Of a DNA stretch of 64,000 nt, positions 42,604-54,845 are shown piece after piece. The number at the start of each line of letters is the position of its first letter. Position 1 is the stretch's first letter. The stretch is from Eledone cirrhosa (Eukaryota), in contig OZ024755.1 in the NCBI GenBank assembly GCA_964016885.1, positions 35,030,001 to 35,094,000 on the forward strand. Reading direction: 5' to 3'. The notes under the pieces are model-generated. The model ran no database searches and was not told the origin of the DNA. It saw only the letters and a program-made list of their open reading frames with translations. The position numbers and the translations under genes were made by a program.

Positions 42604-43066
42604 GTAAATATCTTTAAGTCGTTTGGAAGCCTCGACAATGCAAATGGGTAAATCTCCGGGTAACAAGGTCCGGTGGTGGAGAGAGAGATGTAAGTGGGTG
42701 TACGTTGAGATGCGTGGTGTCTATTTGAATATCAGATATTCAAAACAACAAACAGCGAAGGACGCATTCCGGACCTGTCCGACAGACAACCTTTTCCCCC
42801 ACCCCGGAAAAAACCCCAGTTGATGGATGTGAATCCGAAATATATAGGGACTATTAAATCTCTCCCAAGGTAACTCTCTCTTGTGTTGTTATTTTTATTC
42901 TATCCTTTATACTCTTCCCTTCATTCTACACATCTCACACATCTTATAGACACCACGCATCTCAACGTACACCCACTTACATCTCTCTCTCCACCACCGG
43001 ACCTTGTTACCCGGAGATTTACCCATTTGCATTGTCGAGGCTTCCAAACGACTTAAAGATATTTAC
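42604..43066. mobile_element. PLE-like remnant flanked by a 121-bp inverted repeat; degenerate HHR at 42814-42849
   Basis: 42604-42724 is the reverse complement of 42946-43066; CCC-CAGTTGA-T-GGAT GTGA ATCC-GAAA-TATA-TA-GGG. Confidence 0.75.
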
Positions 43067-43244
43067 TTATTGTTCCACAATGCTTCAAGCAAACTTCAAT
43101 ACTCTCTTATATATATATATATAATTGGTGTTGGATGCTTAAAGCGTCCATATGCGGTAGGCCGTATGAGCACTCGATGCTCTCATAGAGCAGAGTACGA
43201 TATCTCAGAAAGAGAATCAGTGTTGCGACGAATGGAATTTATTG

Positions 43245-43340
43245 GACATATTACAATTGTTTCTCTGGCGACCAGCTCGAGGCACGATCGTTGTGATGAT
43301 CGAACCTGACTCTGAAAATCGCAAGGTCCTCAGATACGTC
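43245..43340 (-). ncRNA. Hammerhead motif, intact core, long stem II (family H4)
   Basis: GACGTAT-CTGAGGA-CCTTGCGATT..GGTCGCCAGA-GAAA-CAATTG-TA-ATATGTC; downstream homologous to 51600-51750. Confidence 0.78.
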
Positions 43341-43429
43341 TTGATTCTACGAGGCAGATTTTCTTTTTTTCTGTGATATATATATATATATAACATTAAT
43401 AAAAATGTTGATGTAACATAAATCGTTTA

Positions 43430-43519
43430 TTCATTATAATTATTTCAACGGTTCTCCTATGCAATCAAGATGTAATTCATGCATTTGTTGTTGTTATGAG
43501 AACGGTATCCTCAGATGAA
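43430..43519 (-). ncRNA. Hammerhead motif, left arm of inverted repeat 43392-43783
   Basis: TTCAT-CTGAGGA-TACCGTTCTC..GAGAACCGTT-GAAA-TAATTA-TA-ATGAA. Confidence 0.78.
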
Positions 43520-43587
43520 ATTCGATCTTGTGTTATGCCGCCGGCAGGAAAAAACAAACGTCCTTTGCTCATGCATCCAACAGACAC

Positions 43588-43627
<40 letters not shown>

Positions 43628-43656
43628 CCTGCTGACAGGATATCACAAAATCGAAT

Positions 43657-43746
43657 TGCATCTGAGGATACCGTTCACATAACAACAACAAATGCATGAA
43701 TTACATCTTGATTGCATAGGAGAACCATTGAAATAATTATAATGAA
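43657..43746 (+). ncRNA. Hammerhead motif, right arm of inverted repeat 43392-43783
   Basis: Inverted copy of 43430-43519 with 3 substitutions. Confidence 0.7.
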
Positions 43747-43782
43747 TAAACGATTTATGTTACATCAACATCTTTATTAATG

Positions 43783-43960
43783 TTGGCAGTATCGGTAGAG
43801 GGTCGGACGCCATGCTTTCCAGCATAGTTACATCCCTTTACGATCTGAGTTCAAATCCCGCCGAGGTTGACTTTGCCTTTCATCTTTATGGGGTCGATAA
43901 AATAAAGTACCAGTAATGCACTGGATAATTGCTGGCCTTGTGCCTAAAGTAGAAACAGTT
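43783..43960 (+). mobile_element. SINE family A
   Basis: Homology to other copies. Confidence 0.9.
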
Positions 43961-44273
43961 ATATATATACTGAATCTCCATCGTAACTACAAACTACAAA
44001 TATTGAGAGCTTTCCCCTGCTTGCTTCTGTTTTTACCAAAACAATCTCTTCGGAACATATATATATATATTTTTTCAGTGTGGTCTACCCTGGGTGGTAA
44101 GGACGTACCTTAGATAGAACTCAATGTAATCGAATGACAAGTAATCCAGTGAAATCTATAGAGAAGTTCTGTGTTCTGCTGAGTTAATTCCTGAGATACA
44201 GAGTCAGATATTAGGTATTAATTTAACAATGAAAATAAAAACAACAAAGTCAAGTTATTCTGCCTATTCATAT

Positions 44274-44400
44274 CATTGTTTTACGATCGTTTCGGAGGGT
44301 TGATCATATTGACATATTGTCTGATCTATAGCAGTTATACAACTGTATACTATCAGACCTGATCTATAGCTTCGATCAGGCCGTCTTCTTTGGAAACAAT
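44274..44400 (-). ncRNA. Degenerate hammerhead (core CCAAAGA), left arm of inverted repeat 44234-44582
   Basis: ATTGTTT-CCAAAGA-AGACGG..CCCTCC-GAAA-CGATCG-TA-AAACAAT. Confidence 0.6.
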
Positions 44401-44414
44401 CATTGTTTCTGAAT

Positions 44415-44542
44415 CATTGTTTCCGAAGAAGACGGCCTGATCAAACCTATATATCAGGTCTGATAATATACAGTTGTATAACTGCTATAGATCAGACAAT
44501 ATGTCAATATGATCAACCATCCGAAACGATCGTAAAACAATG
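44415..44542 (+). ncRNA. Hammerhead (core CCGAAGA), right arm, with extended branched stem II
   Basis: CATTGTTT-CCGAAGA-..-GAAA-CGATCG-TA-AAACAATG; 8-10 bp stem I. Confidence 0.68.
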
Positions 44543-44581
44543 ATATGAATAGGCAGAATAACTTGACTTTGTTGTTTTTAT

Positions 44582-44763
44582 TGGCAGTAGCGGTAGAGGG
44601 TCGGACGCCATGCTTTGACGCATAGAGTTACGGCCCTTGCCATTCTGAGTTCAAATCCTTCCGAGGTTAACTTTGCCGTTCATCCTTACGGGGGTCGATA
44701 AAATAAAGCACCAGTAATACACTGGGTAATTGCTGGCCTTGTGCCAAATGTAGAAACAATTAT
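44582..44763 (+). mobile_element. SINE family A
   Basis: Homology to other copies. Confidence 0.9.
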
Positions 44764-44795
44764 TAATTTAATACCTTATATATATATATGTGTAT

Positions 44796-45022
44796 CATCA
44801 TCATCATCATCATCATCATTTTACATCCCCTTTTCCCTGCTTGCAAGGGTGGGACGGGAACTGATTCTGGCTTGATTTCTACAGCTGGATGCCCTTCCTA
44901 ACACCAACCTCATTTACAGTGAGTGCTGGGCGCTTTTTTGCCGTGGCACCTCCTCGACCACTTTGCAGTGGAATGATATGGACCCCTGTCCCTATCATCT
45001 CATTTCTACAGCTGAGTAAACT
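44796..45022 (-). mobile_element. SINE family B, 5'-truncated
   Basis: Homology to other copies. Confidence 0.88.
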
Positions 45023-45455
45023 GTATATATGTGTAAATGAAGTAATTCCGTCTCCCTTTTGACTTTGCATATTTTTTGTTCTTATTCATTTATTTATTTA
45101 TTACTTCATGTATGTGTATGTATTTATGTCCCTGTCTGTAAACGCTAATACGCTTATGTGATAAACTATACATCTTCGTACCTTTTAAGTATATGTGCGT
45201 GGTTTAGTGTGCCTGCTTACGTTCTGGATATTTATTGTTTTTTATATATATTTATATATTTTTTTCTACTCTTCTTTTTTGTCTGTTTGTTTCTCAGCCT
45301 CACTTTCAATTTTCTTAAATATTTTTGTTTTCAAATCCACATTTAATAAAAACACTATGTTTTTTATTCATTCTGATGACTGAAAACATAAAATATCTGC
45401 TTTCAAGAAACCACTGGTAAATGAAATAATTATCTTATGTTGTTTATTACATAAC

Positions 45456-45495
<40 letters not shown>

Positions 45496-45829
45496 TTCGA
45501 ACATGCTCATGTGTATACGTGCATACATGATTGCATGTGTGCAGGATTGTACGTGACTGTGTGTGCATAAGTGTGTGTGTATGAAGACAGAGACACAGAG
45601 ACCCAAACAAAAGGGCAGGAAGAACATCAGCCCTCATAAATCATGGCAATGGGCCTTATTTTAAGACAAAAAGGCTTAGGAAATGTTAAGTAGTAGGGTT
45701 AGCATGGATGGTGTGAAGGGGGTTGTTTGGTGCTGGTAGTAAGAAGGGGTAAGGTTGGGTGTTAGCCGAGGTCTGAAACATAGGTGATTACTGTCCAAGT
45801 GAGATTGTGTGAGCAGATGTATATATGAG

Positions 45830-48800
45830 GTTATGTGTGTGTATGTATTTATATATTTAGTGAGTGTGTGTGTGTGTATGTGTATGTATTTATATATTTA
45901 GTGAGTGTGTGTATGTGTGTGTATGTATTTATATATATATTTAGTGAGTGTGTGTATGTGTGTGTATTTTTGTGTATGTATTTACATATTTAGTGAGTGT
46001 GTGTATGTGTGTATGTATTTACATATTTAGTGAGTGTGTGTATGTGTGTGTATGTATTTACATATTTAGTGAGTGTGTGTATGTGTGTATGTATTTACAT
46101 ATTTAGTGAGTGTGTGTATGTGTGTATGTATTTACATATTTAGTGAGTGTGTGTATGTGTGTATGTATTTACATATTTAGTGAGTGTGTGTATGTGTGTA
46201 TGTATTTACATATTTAGTGAGTGTGTGTATGTGTGTATGTATTTATATATTTAGAGACTGTAAGAGAGAACGCAAGTGTCTCTGTATATGAGGTTATGTG
46301 TGTGTATGTATTTATATATTTAGTGAGTATGTGTATGTGTGTGTATGTATGTGTATGTATTTACATATTTAGTGAGTATGTGTATGTGTGTGTATGTATT
46401 TATATATTTAGTGAGTGTGTGTATGTGTGTGTATATATTTATATATTTAGTGAGTGTGTGTATGTATGTGTATGTATTTACATATTTAGTGAGTATGTGT
46501 ATGTGTGTGTGTGTGTATGTATTTATATATTTAGTGAGTGTGTGTATGTATGTGTATGTATTCACATATTTAGTGACTATGTGTATGTGTGTGTATGTAT
46601 TTAAATATTTAGTGAGTGTGTGTATGTGTGTGTGTATGTATTTACATATTTAGTGAGTATGTGTATGTGTGTGTATGTATTTACATATTTAGTGACTATG
46701 TGTATGTATGTGTATGTATTCACATATTTAGTGACTATGTGTATGTGTGTGTATGTATTTACATATTTAGTGAGTATGTGTATGTGTGTGTATGTATTTA
46801 AATATTTAGTGAGTGTGTATGTATGTGTATGTATTCACATATTTAGTGAGTGTGTGTATGTATGTGTATGTATTTACATATTTAGTGAGTATGTGTATGT
46901 GTGTATGTATTTACATATTTAGTGAGTATGTGTATGTGTGTGTATGTATTCACATATTTAATAAATGCGTGTATGTATGTGTATGTATTTACATATTTAG
47001 TGAGTATGTGTGTGTGTGTATGTATTTACATATTTAGTATGTGTATGTATGTGTATGTATTCACATATTTAGTGAGTATGTGTATGTATGTGTATGTATT
47101 TACATATTTAGTGAATATGTGTATGTATGTGTATATATTCACATATTTAGTGAGTATGTGTATGTGTGTGTATGTATTTACATATTTAGTCACTATGTGT
47201 ATGTATGTGTATATATTTACATATTTAGTGAGTATGTGTATGTGTGTGTGTATGTATTTATATATTTAGTGAGTGTGTGTATGTATGTGTATGTATTCAC
47301 ATATTTAGTGACTATGTGTATGTATGTGTATGTATTCACATATTTAGTGACTATGTGTATGTTTGTGTATGTATTTACATATTTAGTGAGTATGTGTATG
47401 TGTGTGTATGTATTTACATATTTAGTGAGTGTGTGTATGTATGTGTATGTATTTACATATTTAGTGAGTGTGTGTATGTGTGTGTATGTATTTACATATT
47501 TAGTGAGTGTGTGTATGTATGTGTATGTATTTACATATTTAGTGAGTGTGTGTATGTATCTGTATGTATTTACATATTTAGTGAGTATGTGTGTGTATGT
47601 ATTTATATATTTAGTGAGTATGTGTATGTGTGTGTATGTATTTACATATTTAGTGAGTATGTGTATGTGTGTGTATGTATTTACATATTTAGTGAGTGTG
47701 TGTATGTATGTGTATGTATTTACATAGTGAGTGTGTGTATTTACATATTTAGTGAGTATGTGTATGTGTGTGTATGTATTTACATATTTAGTGAGTGTGT
47801 GTATTTACAAATTTAGTGAGTATGTGTATGTGTGTGTATGTATTCACATATTTAGTGAGTATGTGTTTGTATGTGTATGTATTTACATATTTAGTGAGTA
47901 TGTCTATGTGTGTGTATGTATTTACATATTTAGTGAGTGTGTGTATGTATGTGTATGTATTTACATATTTAGTGAGTATGTGTATGTGTGTGTGTGTGTG
48001 TATGTATTTACATATTTAGTGAGTGTGTGTATGTCTGTGTATATATTTACATATTTAGTGAGTATGTGTATATGTGTGTATGTATTTACATATTTAGTGA
48101 GTATGTGTATGTGTGTGTATGTATTTATATATTTAGTGAGTATGTGTATGTGTGTGTATGTATTTAAATATTTAGTGAGTGTGTATGTATGTGTATGTAT
48201 TCACATATTTAGTGAGTGTGTGTATGTATGTGTATGTATTTACATATTTAGTGAGTATGTGTATGTGTGTATGTATTTACATATTTAGTGAGTATGTGTA
48301 TGTGTGTGTATGTATTCACATATTTAATAAATGTGTGTATGTATGTGTATGTATTTACATATTTAGTGAGTATGTGTGTGTGTGTATGTATTTACATATT
48401 TAGTGAGTATGTGTATGTATGTGTATGTATTCACATATTTAGTGAGTATGTGTATGTATGTGTATGTATGTGTATGTATTTACATATTTAGTGAATATGT
48501 GTATGTATGTGTATATATTCACATATTTAGTGAGTATGTGTATGTGTGTGTATGTATTTACATATTTAGTGAGTGTGTGTATGTATTTACATATTTAGTG
48601 ACTATGTGTATGTATGTGTATGTATTCACATATTTAGTGAGTATGTGTATGTGTGTGTATGTATTTACATATTTAGTGAGTGTGTGTATTTACATATTTA
48701 GTGGGTATGTGTATGTGTGTGTATGTATTCACATATTTAGTGAGTATGTGTTTGTATGTGTATGTATTTACATATTTAGTGAGTATGTGTATGTGTGTGT

Positions 48801-49625
48801 ATGTATTTACATATTTAGTGAGTATGTGTATGTGTGTGTATGTATTTACATATTTAGTGAGTGTGTGTATTTACATATTTAGTGAGTATGTGTATGTGTG
48901 TGTATGTATTCACATATTTAGTGAGTATGTGTTTGTATGTGTATGTATTTACATATTTAGTGAGTATGTCTATGTGTGTGTATGTATTTACATATTTAGT
49001 GAGTGTGTGTATGTATGTGTATGTATTTACATATTTAGTGACTATGTGTATGTATGTGTATGTATTTACATATTTAGTGAGTATGTGTATATGTGTGTAT
49101 GTATTTACATATTTAGTGAGTATGTGTATGTGTGTGTATGTATTTATATATTTAGTGAGTATGTGTATGTGTGTGTATGTATTTACATATTTAGTGAGTA
49201 TGTGTATGTATGTGTATGTATTTACATATTTAGTGAGTGTGTGTATGTATGTGTATGTATTTACATATTTAGTGAGTGTGTGTATGTATGTGTATGTATT
49301 TACATATTTAGTGAGTATGTGTATGTGTGTGTATGTATTCACATATTTAGTAAATGTGTGTATGTATGTGTATGTATTTACATATTTAGTGAGTATGTAT
49401 GTATTTACATATTTAGTGAATGTGCGTATGTATGTGCATGTATTTACATATTTAGTGTGTGTATGTATTTATATATTTAGTGAATGTGTGTATGTATTTA
49501 TATATTTAGTGAGTGTGTGTATGTATGTGTAAGAGAATGCAAGTGTCTGTGTATATGAGGTTATGTGAGTGTATGTATTTATATATTTAGTGAATGTGTG
49601 TATGTATTTATATATTTAGTGCGTG
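45830..49625. repeat. About 36-bp minisatellite array (about 3.8 kb)
   Basis: GTGTATGTATTTACATATTTAGTGAGTATGTGTATG-type units. Confidence 0.97.
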
Positions 49626-49907
49626 TGTGTATGTATGTATGTGTAAGAGAGAATGCAAGTGTCTGTGCATATGTTTGTTGATGTAGTATAAATATGAGTT
49701 TGTGAGAATGGAAACCAGAATACATATACCCATGATCATGTGAAAGTATGTATGTATATATGTATGTATATATATATATAGACACATATCTACATATATA
49801 TATATACATACTTATATATATATATATAGGTATGCATGTATGTGTGGGTATATGTGTGTATGTATGTGTGTGTGTGTATGTTTGTATGTATATATGTATG
49901 AATGCAA

Positions 49908-49950
<43 letters not shown>

Positions 49951-50890
49951 TACATAAATAGGTGAGTATATATATATATATACACATGCATATATAATAT
50001 ATATATATATATGTGTACATACATATATATATAAATGTGCATGCCTGCATATATAGTTGTTCGTACATATTTAAATGTTTAAGATATTCTATGAGTTCAT
50101 TTTCTATTTCTCTTTCTTTTGGGGTTTTTGGAAAAGAAAATGTTATTCTATACTGTTATTTTCTAGCCATTTTGTTTAGTTAAGGACATCATGAATGAGA
50201 AGGATTTGCATTCAAATGAAACCCCTACTGGAGATTTCACTCATAAATATAGCTTTGTTTTAATGATGACACAACATTCATGGACAAATTGTGCCAATGT
50301 ATCTAAAATGTCAATTGTTTTCATTTATTGTACATTTATTGTGTTTTTTAACTCTAAATTGAAGAGCTGCATAGTTTCTTGCAAACAAATGAAGATCTAT
50401 GATATAATTATAAGATGATTCATCAAGAAGGTTTATCAGAGGCTTTGGCAGGCTCAGTAGAGATGGTTGACTCTTCACTTTGAGATGTTGGGTTGTTTAT
50501 GTATCATTTACTCAAACATCTCAATATTGATGATGATGATGATGATATATACATTCACCCTTAAACACAAACACGTACAAATGCAAAAGATGTATATATG
50601 CATATACATCTCGTATATTTATATAAATATATACATATATATATATAAGTATATATATATATATATGTAGATATGTGTATATTTATATATATATAGAGAG
50701 AATTAGTATATTTACCAACATATGCGTACAGATGTACACTAATGCTAGCAAATACATAAGTTATGTCATAGTACCTAGGTGGTTCTATGCAGGGGGATGC
50801 AGAACAGTTATATGAAAGACGTAAAATAAGAAAATTAAAAAAATTAAAAATTAACTTATTTTAATTTTTTTAATTTTCTTATTTTACGTC

Positions 50891-50965
<75 letters not shown>

Positions 50966-51480
50966 ATGCTAGCGAGGAAGAATGGATGTAAAACGGTGAT
51001 GATGATACATACATGATGATGGCTGCCCCCTCGTTATCGAGTATGGCCATTGCACGATATACCATTATTAATAATTATTAATTAATTCTATCGTGCAATG
51101 CCTGTGCGTGAAGATATTTTTTAAAGAGAGGAAAGACTGTGCACTGAGCCAATCCCACTCTCTGAGTGACAGTAGCTATAACCCGAAAAGAAGAAAAGAT
51201 CAACATCATCGGTAACTACTGAGCCGCAGGTTTTATATCAGAGTTATCCCAGTTTCCTGAGTTGCCTTCTCCTAGAAGAATGCCCTGACAAAGGCTAGGT
51301 GTCCTTCACTCCCAGTGGTTTAACCGCGCGATCAGGTGTCCAGCCCGACTATTTCTATGTCCCCGCGCATATACATACACATGCACCCATGTATATACAC
51401 ATATACATACATATGTATATACATATTTACACACTTTTAGGGCGGATACATATATATATATATATATACACATACATATA

Positions 51481-51557
51481 ACGGACACGTCTAATGATTT
51501 TGGAGCATATTCTCTCACTGTGAGAGAATAAGCTCCGAAATCATTAGAAGGGTCCGT
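51481..51557. other. 77-nt near-perfect hairpin
   Basis: ACGGAC..TCTAATGATTTTGGAGC.TATTCTCTCAC / GTGAGAGAATA.GCTCCGAAATCATTAGA..GTCCGT. Confidence 0.85.
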
Positions 51558-51760
51558 CGAACCATCGGGTCTAGAATCAGACAGATCCACACAATGATCG
51601 CGTCTCAAGCTGTCTGCCGGCGAAACAATTGTAACACACAATAAATTGAGTTCAGATGCATCACTGATTTTTCATTTTCTATTCTATCATATTCTGCTCT
51701 GTAAGAGCATAGAGTGCTCAGCTGGCATACCGCCTATGGAAGCATCCTAGCTACCATCAG

Positions 51761-51793
<33 letters not shown>

Positions 51794-51838
51794 CAATGAT
51801 ATTAAATAATGAAAACTATATTTATAAAACCATATTTA

Positions 51839-51896
51839 TTCTATTATATATATTTCAAGGGTACCAAAAATTTTGGTACGCTATCATCAGATAAAA
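51839..51896 (-). ncRNA. Hammerhead motif (family H2), intact core
   Basis: TTTTAT-CTGATGA-TAGCGTACCAAAA/TTTTGGTACCCTT-GAAA-TATATA-TA-ATAGAA. Confidence 0.8.
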
Positions 51897-51963
51897 TACA
51901 AAATGTTTTATAAAGGATAATATACCTTAATAATTCAAGTTATCCCTGACATTTAAATATCTC

Positions 51964-52021
<58 letters not shown>

Positions 52022-52094
52022 GAAACATATAAGTTCCGGAGTTATAATAGTGACGAAACATAAGTCAATTGCATGAACTCATAATTCTTTATTT

Positions 52095-52156
52095 ACTGCT
52101 ATATATATATATATTTCGATGATAGCCATTGAATGGCTATGACCTCATCAGGCAGT
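52095..52156 (-). ncRNA. Hammerhead motif, intact core, (TA)7 stem III
   Basis: ACTGC-CTGATGA-GGTCATAGCCAT TCA ATGGCTATCATC-GAAA-(TA)7-GCAGT. Confidence 0.82.
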
Positions 52157-52423
52157 TAGTCACTTCTTAGATATGCCAGCTCTGTGTGTATAGTGTTGAT
52201 GGTATCAGAGCCTTGGGACATGTGTATATATATATATATAATAATAGCATCTATACTTATATATACACTATATATAATTATAAAAAGGAAAGGTCAGTAT
52301 TTTTTGTATTTTTTACCACCTTAATACCAGTATGAAAAATAGCTCAATGTAAATACATCAGATGTCTTACAGAGCAGGAATATAAATTACAGAATAATCA
52401 AAACTATGTTCAAAGCATTTTAT

Positions 52424-52470
52424 TGCTGACAATCGTTTCTTCCAAACATTCGTTTGGAATCATCAGCGCA
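52424..52470 (-). ncRNA. Hammerhead motif, intact core
   Basis: TGCG-CTGATGA-TTCCAAAC GAAT GTTTGGAA-GAAA-CGATTG-TC-AGCA; first stem I pair mismatched; 3' flank inverted at 52549-52588. Confidence 0.75.
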
Positions 52471-52584
52471 TTGGCAAAGTCTAAACATATAATTAACCTC
52501 CTATTCCACAGAACAATCGTAAAGATATGTAGATATTACTGTTGTTATGATTGCCAGCAATAAAATGCTTTGAACATAGTTTTG

Positions 52585-52636
<52 letters not shown>

Positions 52637-52639
<3 letters not shown>

Positions 52640-52985
52640 CACATGGCTTAGTGGTTAGAGCATTGGCCTTGCAATCGAAGGGTTGTGAGTTCAATTCTCA
52701 GACCAGGTGATGTGTTGTTTCCTTGAGCAAGACACTTTATTTCACATTGCTCCAGTTTACTCAGCTGTAGAAATGAGATGATAGGGACTGGGGTCCATAT
52801 CATTCCACTGCAAAGTGGTCGTGGAGGTGCCACGGCAAAAAAGCACCCACCATTCACTGTAAATGAGGTTGGTGTTAGGAAGGGTATCCAGCTGTAGAAA
52901 TCAAGCCAAATCAGTTCCCGTCCCACCCTTCCAAGCAGGGAAAAAGCGGACATAAAATGATATGATGATGATGATGAATGATGAT
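52637..52985 (+). mobile_element. SINE family B, full length
   Basis: Same structure as 33279. Confidence 0.93.
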
Positions 52986-52992
52986 ATATATA

Positions 52993-53165
52993 TTCATTTC
53001 ATCATTTCATTTTACGTCCACTTTTCCCTGCTTGCAAGGGTGGGACGGGAACTGATTCTGGCTTGATTTCTACAGCTGGATGCCCTTCCTAACACCAACC
53101 TCATTTACAGTGAGTGCTGGGTTTTTTTTTGCCGTGGCACCTCCACGACCACTTTGCAGTAGAAT
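52993..53165 (-). mobile_element. SINE family B 3' half, tail-to-tail with the previous copy
   Basis: Homology to other copies. Confidence 0.9.
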
Positions 53166-53992
53166 ATATATATTAAAATTGAATGAGAAAAAGCTCTAAT
53201 TCTGGGAGAATGAACAAGATATACAAAAATATCTTTCTATCTAACTTCACTTATCTGTTAGACACGCAGTGACTAACAACAGAATGTTTTAAGTCTGCAT
53301 GTTGTCTGACCATATATGCGTAGCTTGTGAATAAAAGATTCAAGGGGTATCACTGGCCGTGGCGATTCCTTCAAAACATGTTTTGTAATGTATCATCTTA
53401 TTGGCTAATTTCATCGTCTTATTGGCTAATCAACCAACGAGAGTAATTGTTGCTCAAAAGCGTTTTGTTTGCACGTTTTTCTTTCGAATCTCTCTCCTGT
53501 ATTTCGTCGTTTATCATCAAAATATTTTTCTCGTTTTACTAAGTTATATTGTTAATTTATATCTGATTTTTTAAATTTATATTAACTAATTTTTTTTTTC
53601 AGTTCGTTATAACATGCTTAGAATATTGGTTGTATCATATTTACTTGTATATATGTCCATATTATTGTTCATTTTATGTTAGATTATTTTATTATTATTA
53701 TGCTAGATTATTTTTTTTTTTTATTATGTTAGACTATTTGTCTGTAATATTTAATTTTTATTAATTCACCTATAACAATTATTATGTAAAATATATTTAT
53801 TTAATATTGATTGTTTTTTTGTAGTTTATATTAAAAGTCTGAAAATATTTTTATACATCTTACAATAATATTTATAAGATCATTTATAAAATAACAATTA
53901 TATAATCTAATTACATTACAACGATAATTTATTATTAATATATATTATGTTTAACTAGAGTTATTACAAGCGTTGTCTTAAAAAAATATTAA

Positions 53993-54479
53993 ACTAGACC
54001 TGAAAAATGTGCAAGCTCAAAAGAGCCACAGAATGTTACAATAAACCTTCAAAAGTGTGGGACTAGAGTTGTTGCTCAAAAATATTGTAATCATTATCTA
54101 TCGTGGCATCCTTTTATAAAAATATTGTAATCATTATCTATCGTACACTCTGTGGCATCCTTTTATAAAAATAGAGACTCATAACGAACTCAAGACGACA
54201 CGATAATTATTTAAGTGAATTTATAATATAGAATTCGGTTTAAGTGCATTTCGTATTAATCATTACTAAACATCTAATATGAGATATTGAACATTAGCTT
54301 AAATAATTATCGTGTCGTCTTGAGTTCGTTATGAGTCTCTTTTTTATAAAAGGATGCCACAGAGTGTACGATAGATAATGATTACAATATTTTTGAGCAA
54401 CAACTCTAGTCCCACACTTTTGAAGGTTTATTATAACATTCTGTGGCTCTTTTGAGCTTGAGCATTTTTCAGGTCTAGT
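53993..54479. repeat. Long inverted repeat (arms about 180 bp, spacer about 82 bp)
   Basis: 53993-54215 (with an internal duplication) is the reverse complement of 54298-54479. Confidence 0.92.
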
Positions 54480-54845
54480 ATAGAGATCTCCCTACCATCG
54501 TTTCATATGGGGAAGAAGTATTGGAACTACCAATAATTGAAGAATCCACCACATTCTTCGGGGAGTTTAATTCTTTAAGTCTATGTATACTGTTTCCTTA
54601 TTTCTCTAAAAAAAAAATTTTCCAATTTTGCCCTGTTCTTCCCCACGATCTTTCTAATTTCTCATTCTTCTGATTTCAAGCGTCAAACTAATATATTCCT
54701 ATACCATTTGTGTTGTTATTTCTCTTTACGTTTTACATACATATCATCATCTGGTGGCCTAAACCAAAATCGACTCAACAATTGATCCCCAGTCTGTCGT
54801 TGCCAAGTCCTGGATTTCAATACCAGAATCTCTGGAGATGACATC

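Noticed and set aside
45369-45395. CTGATGA-CT-GAAA motif
   Set aside because: Stem II absent; at best a deleted remnant
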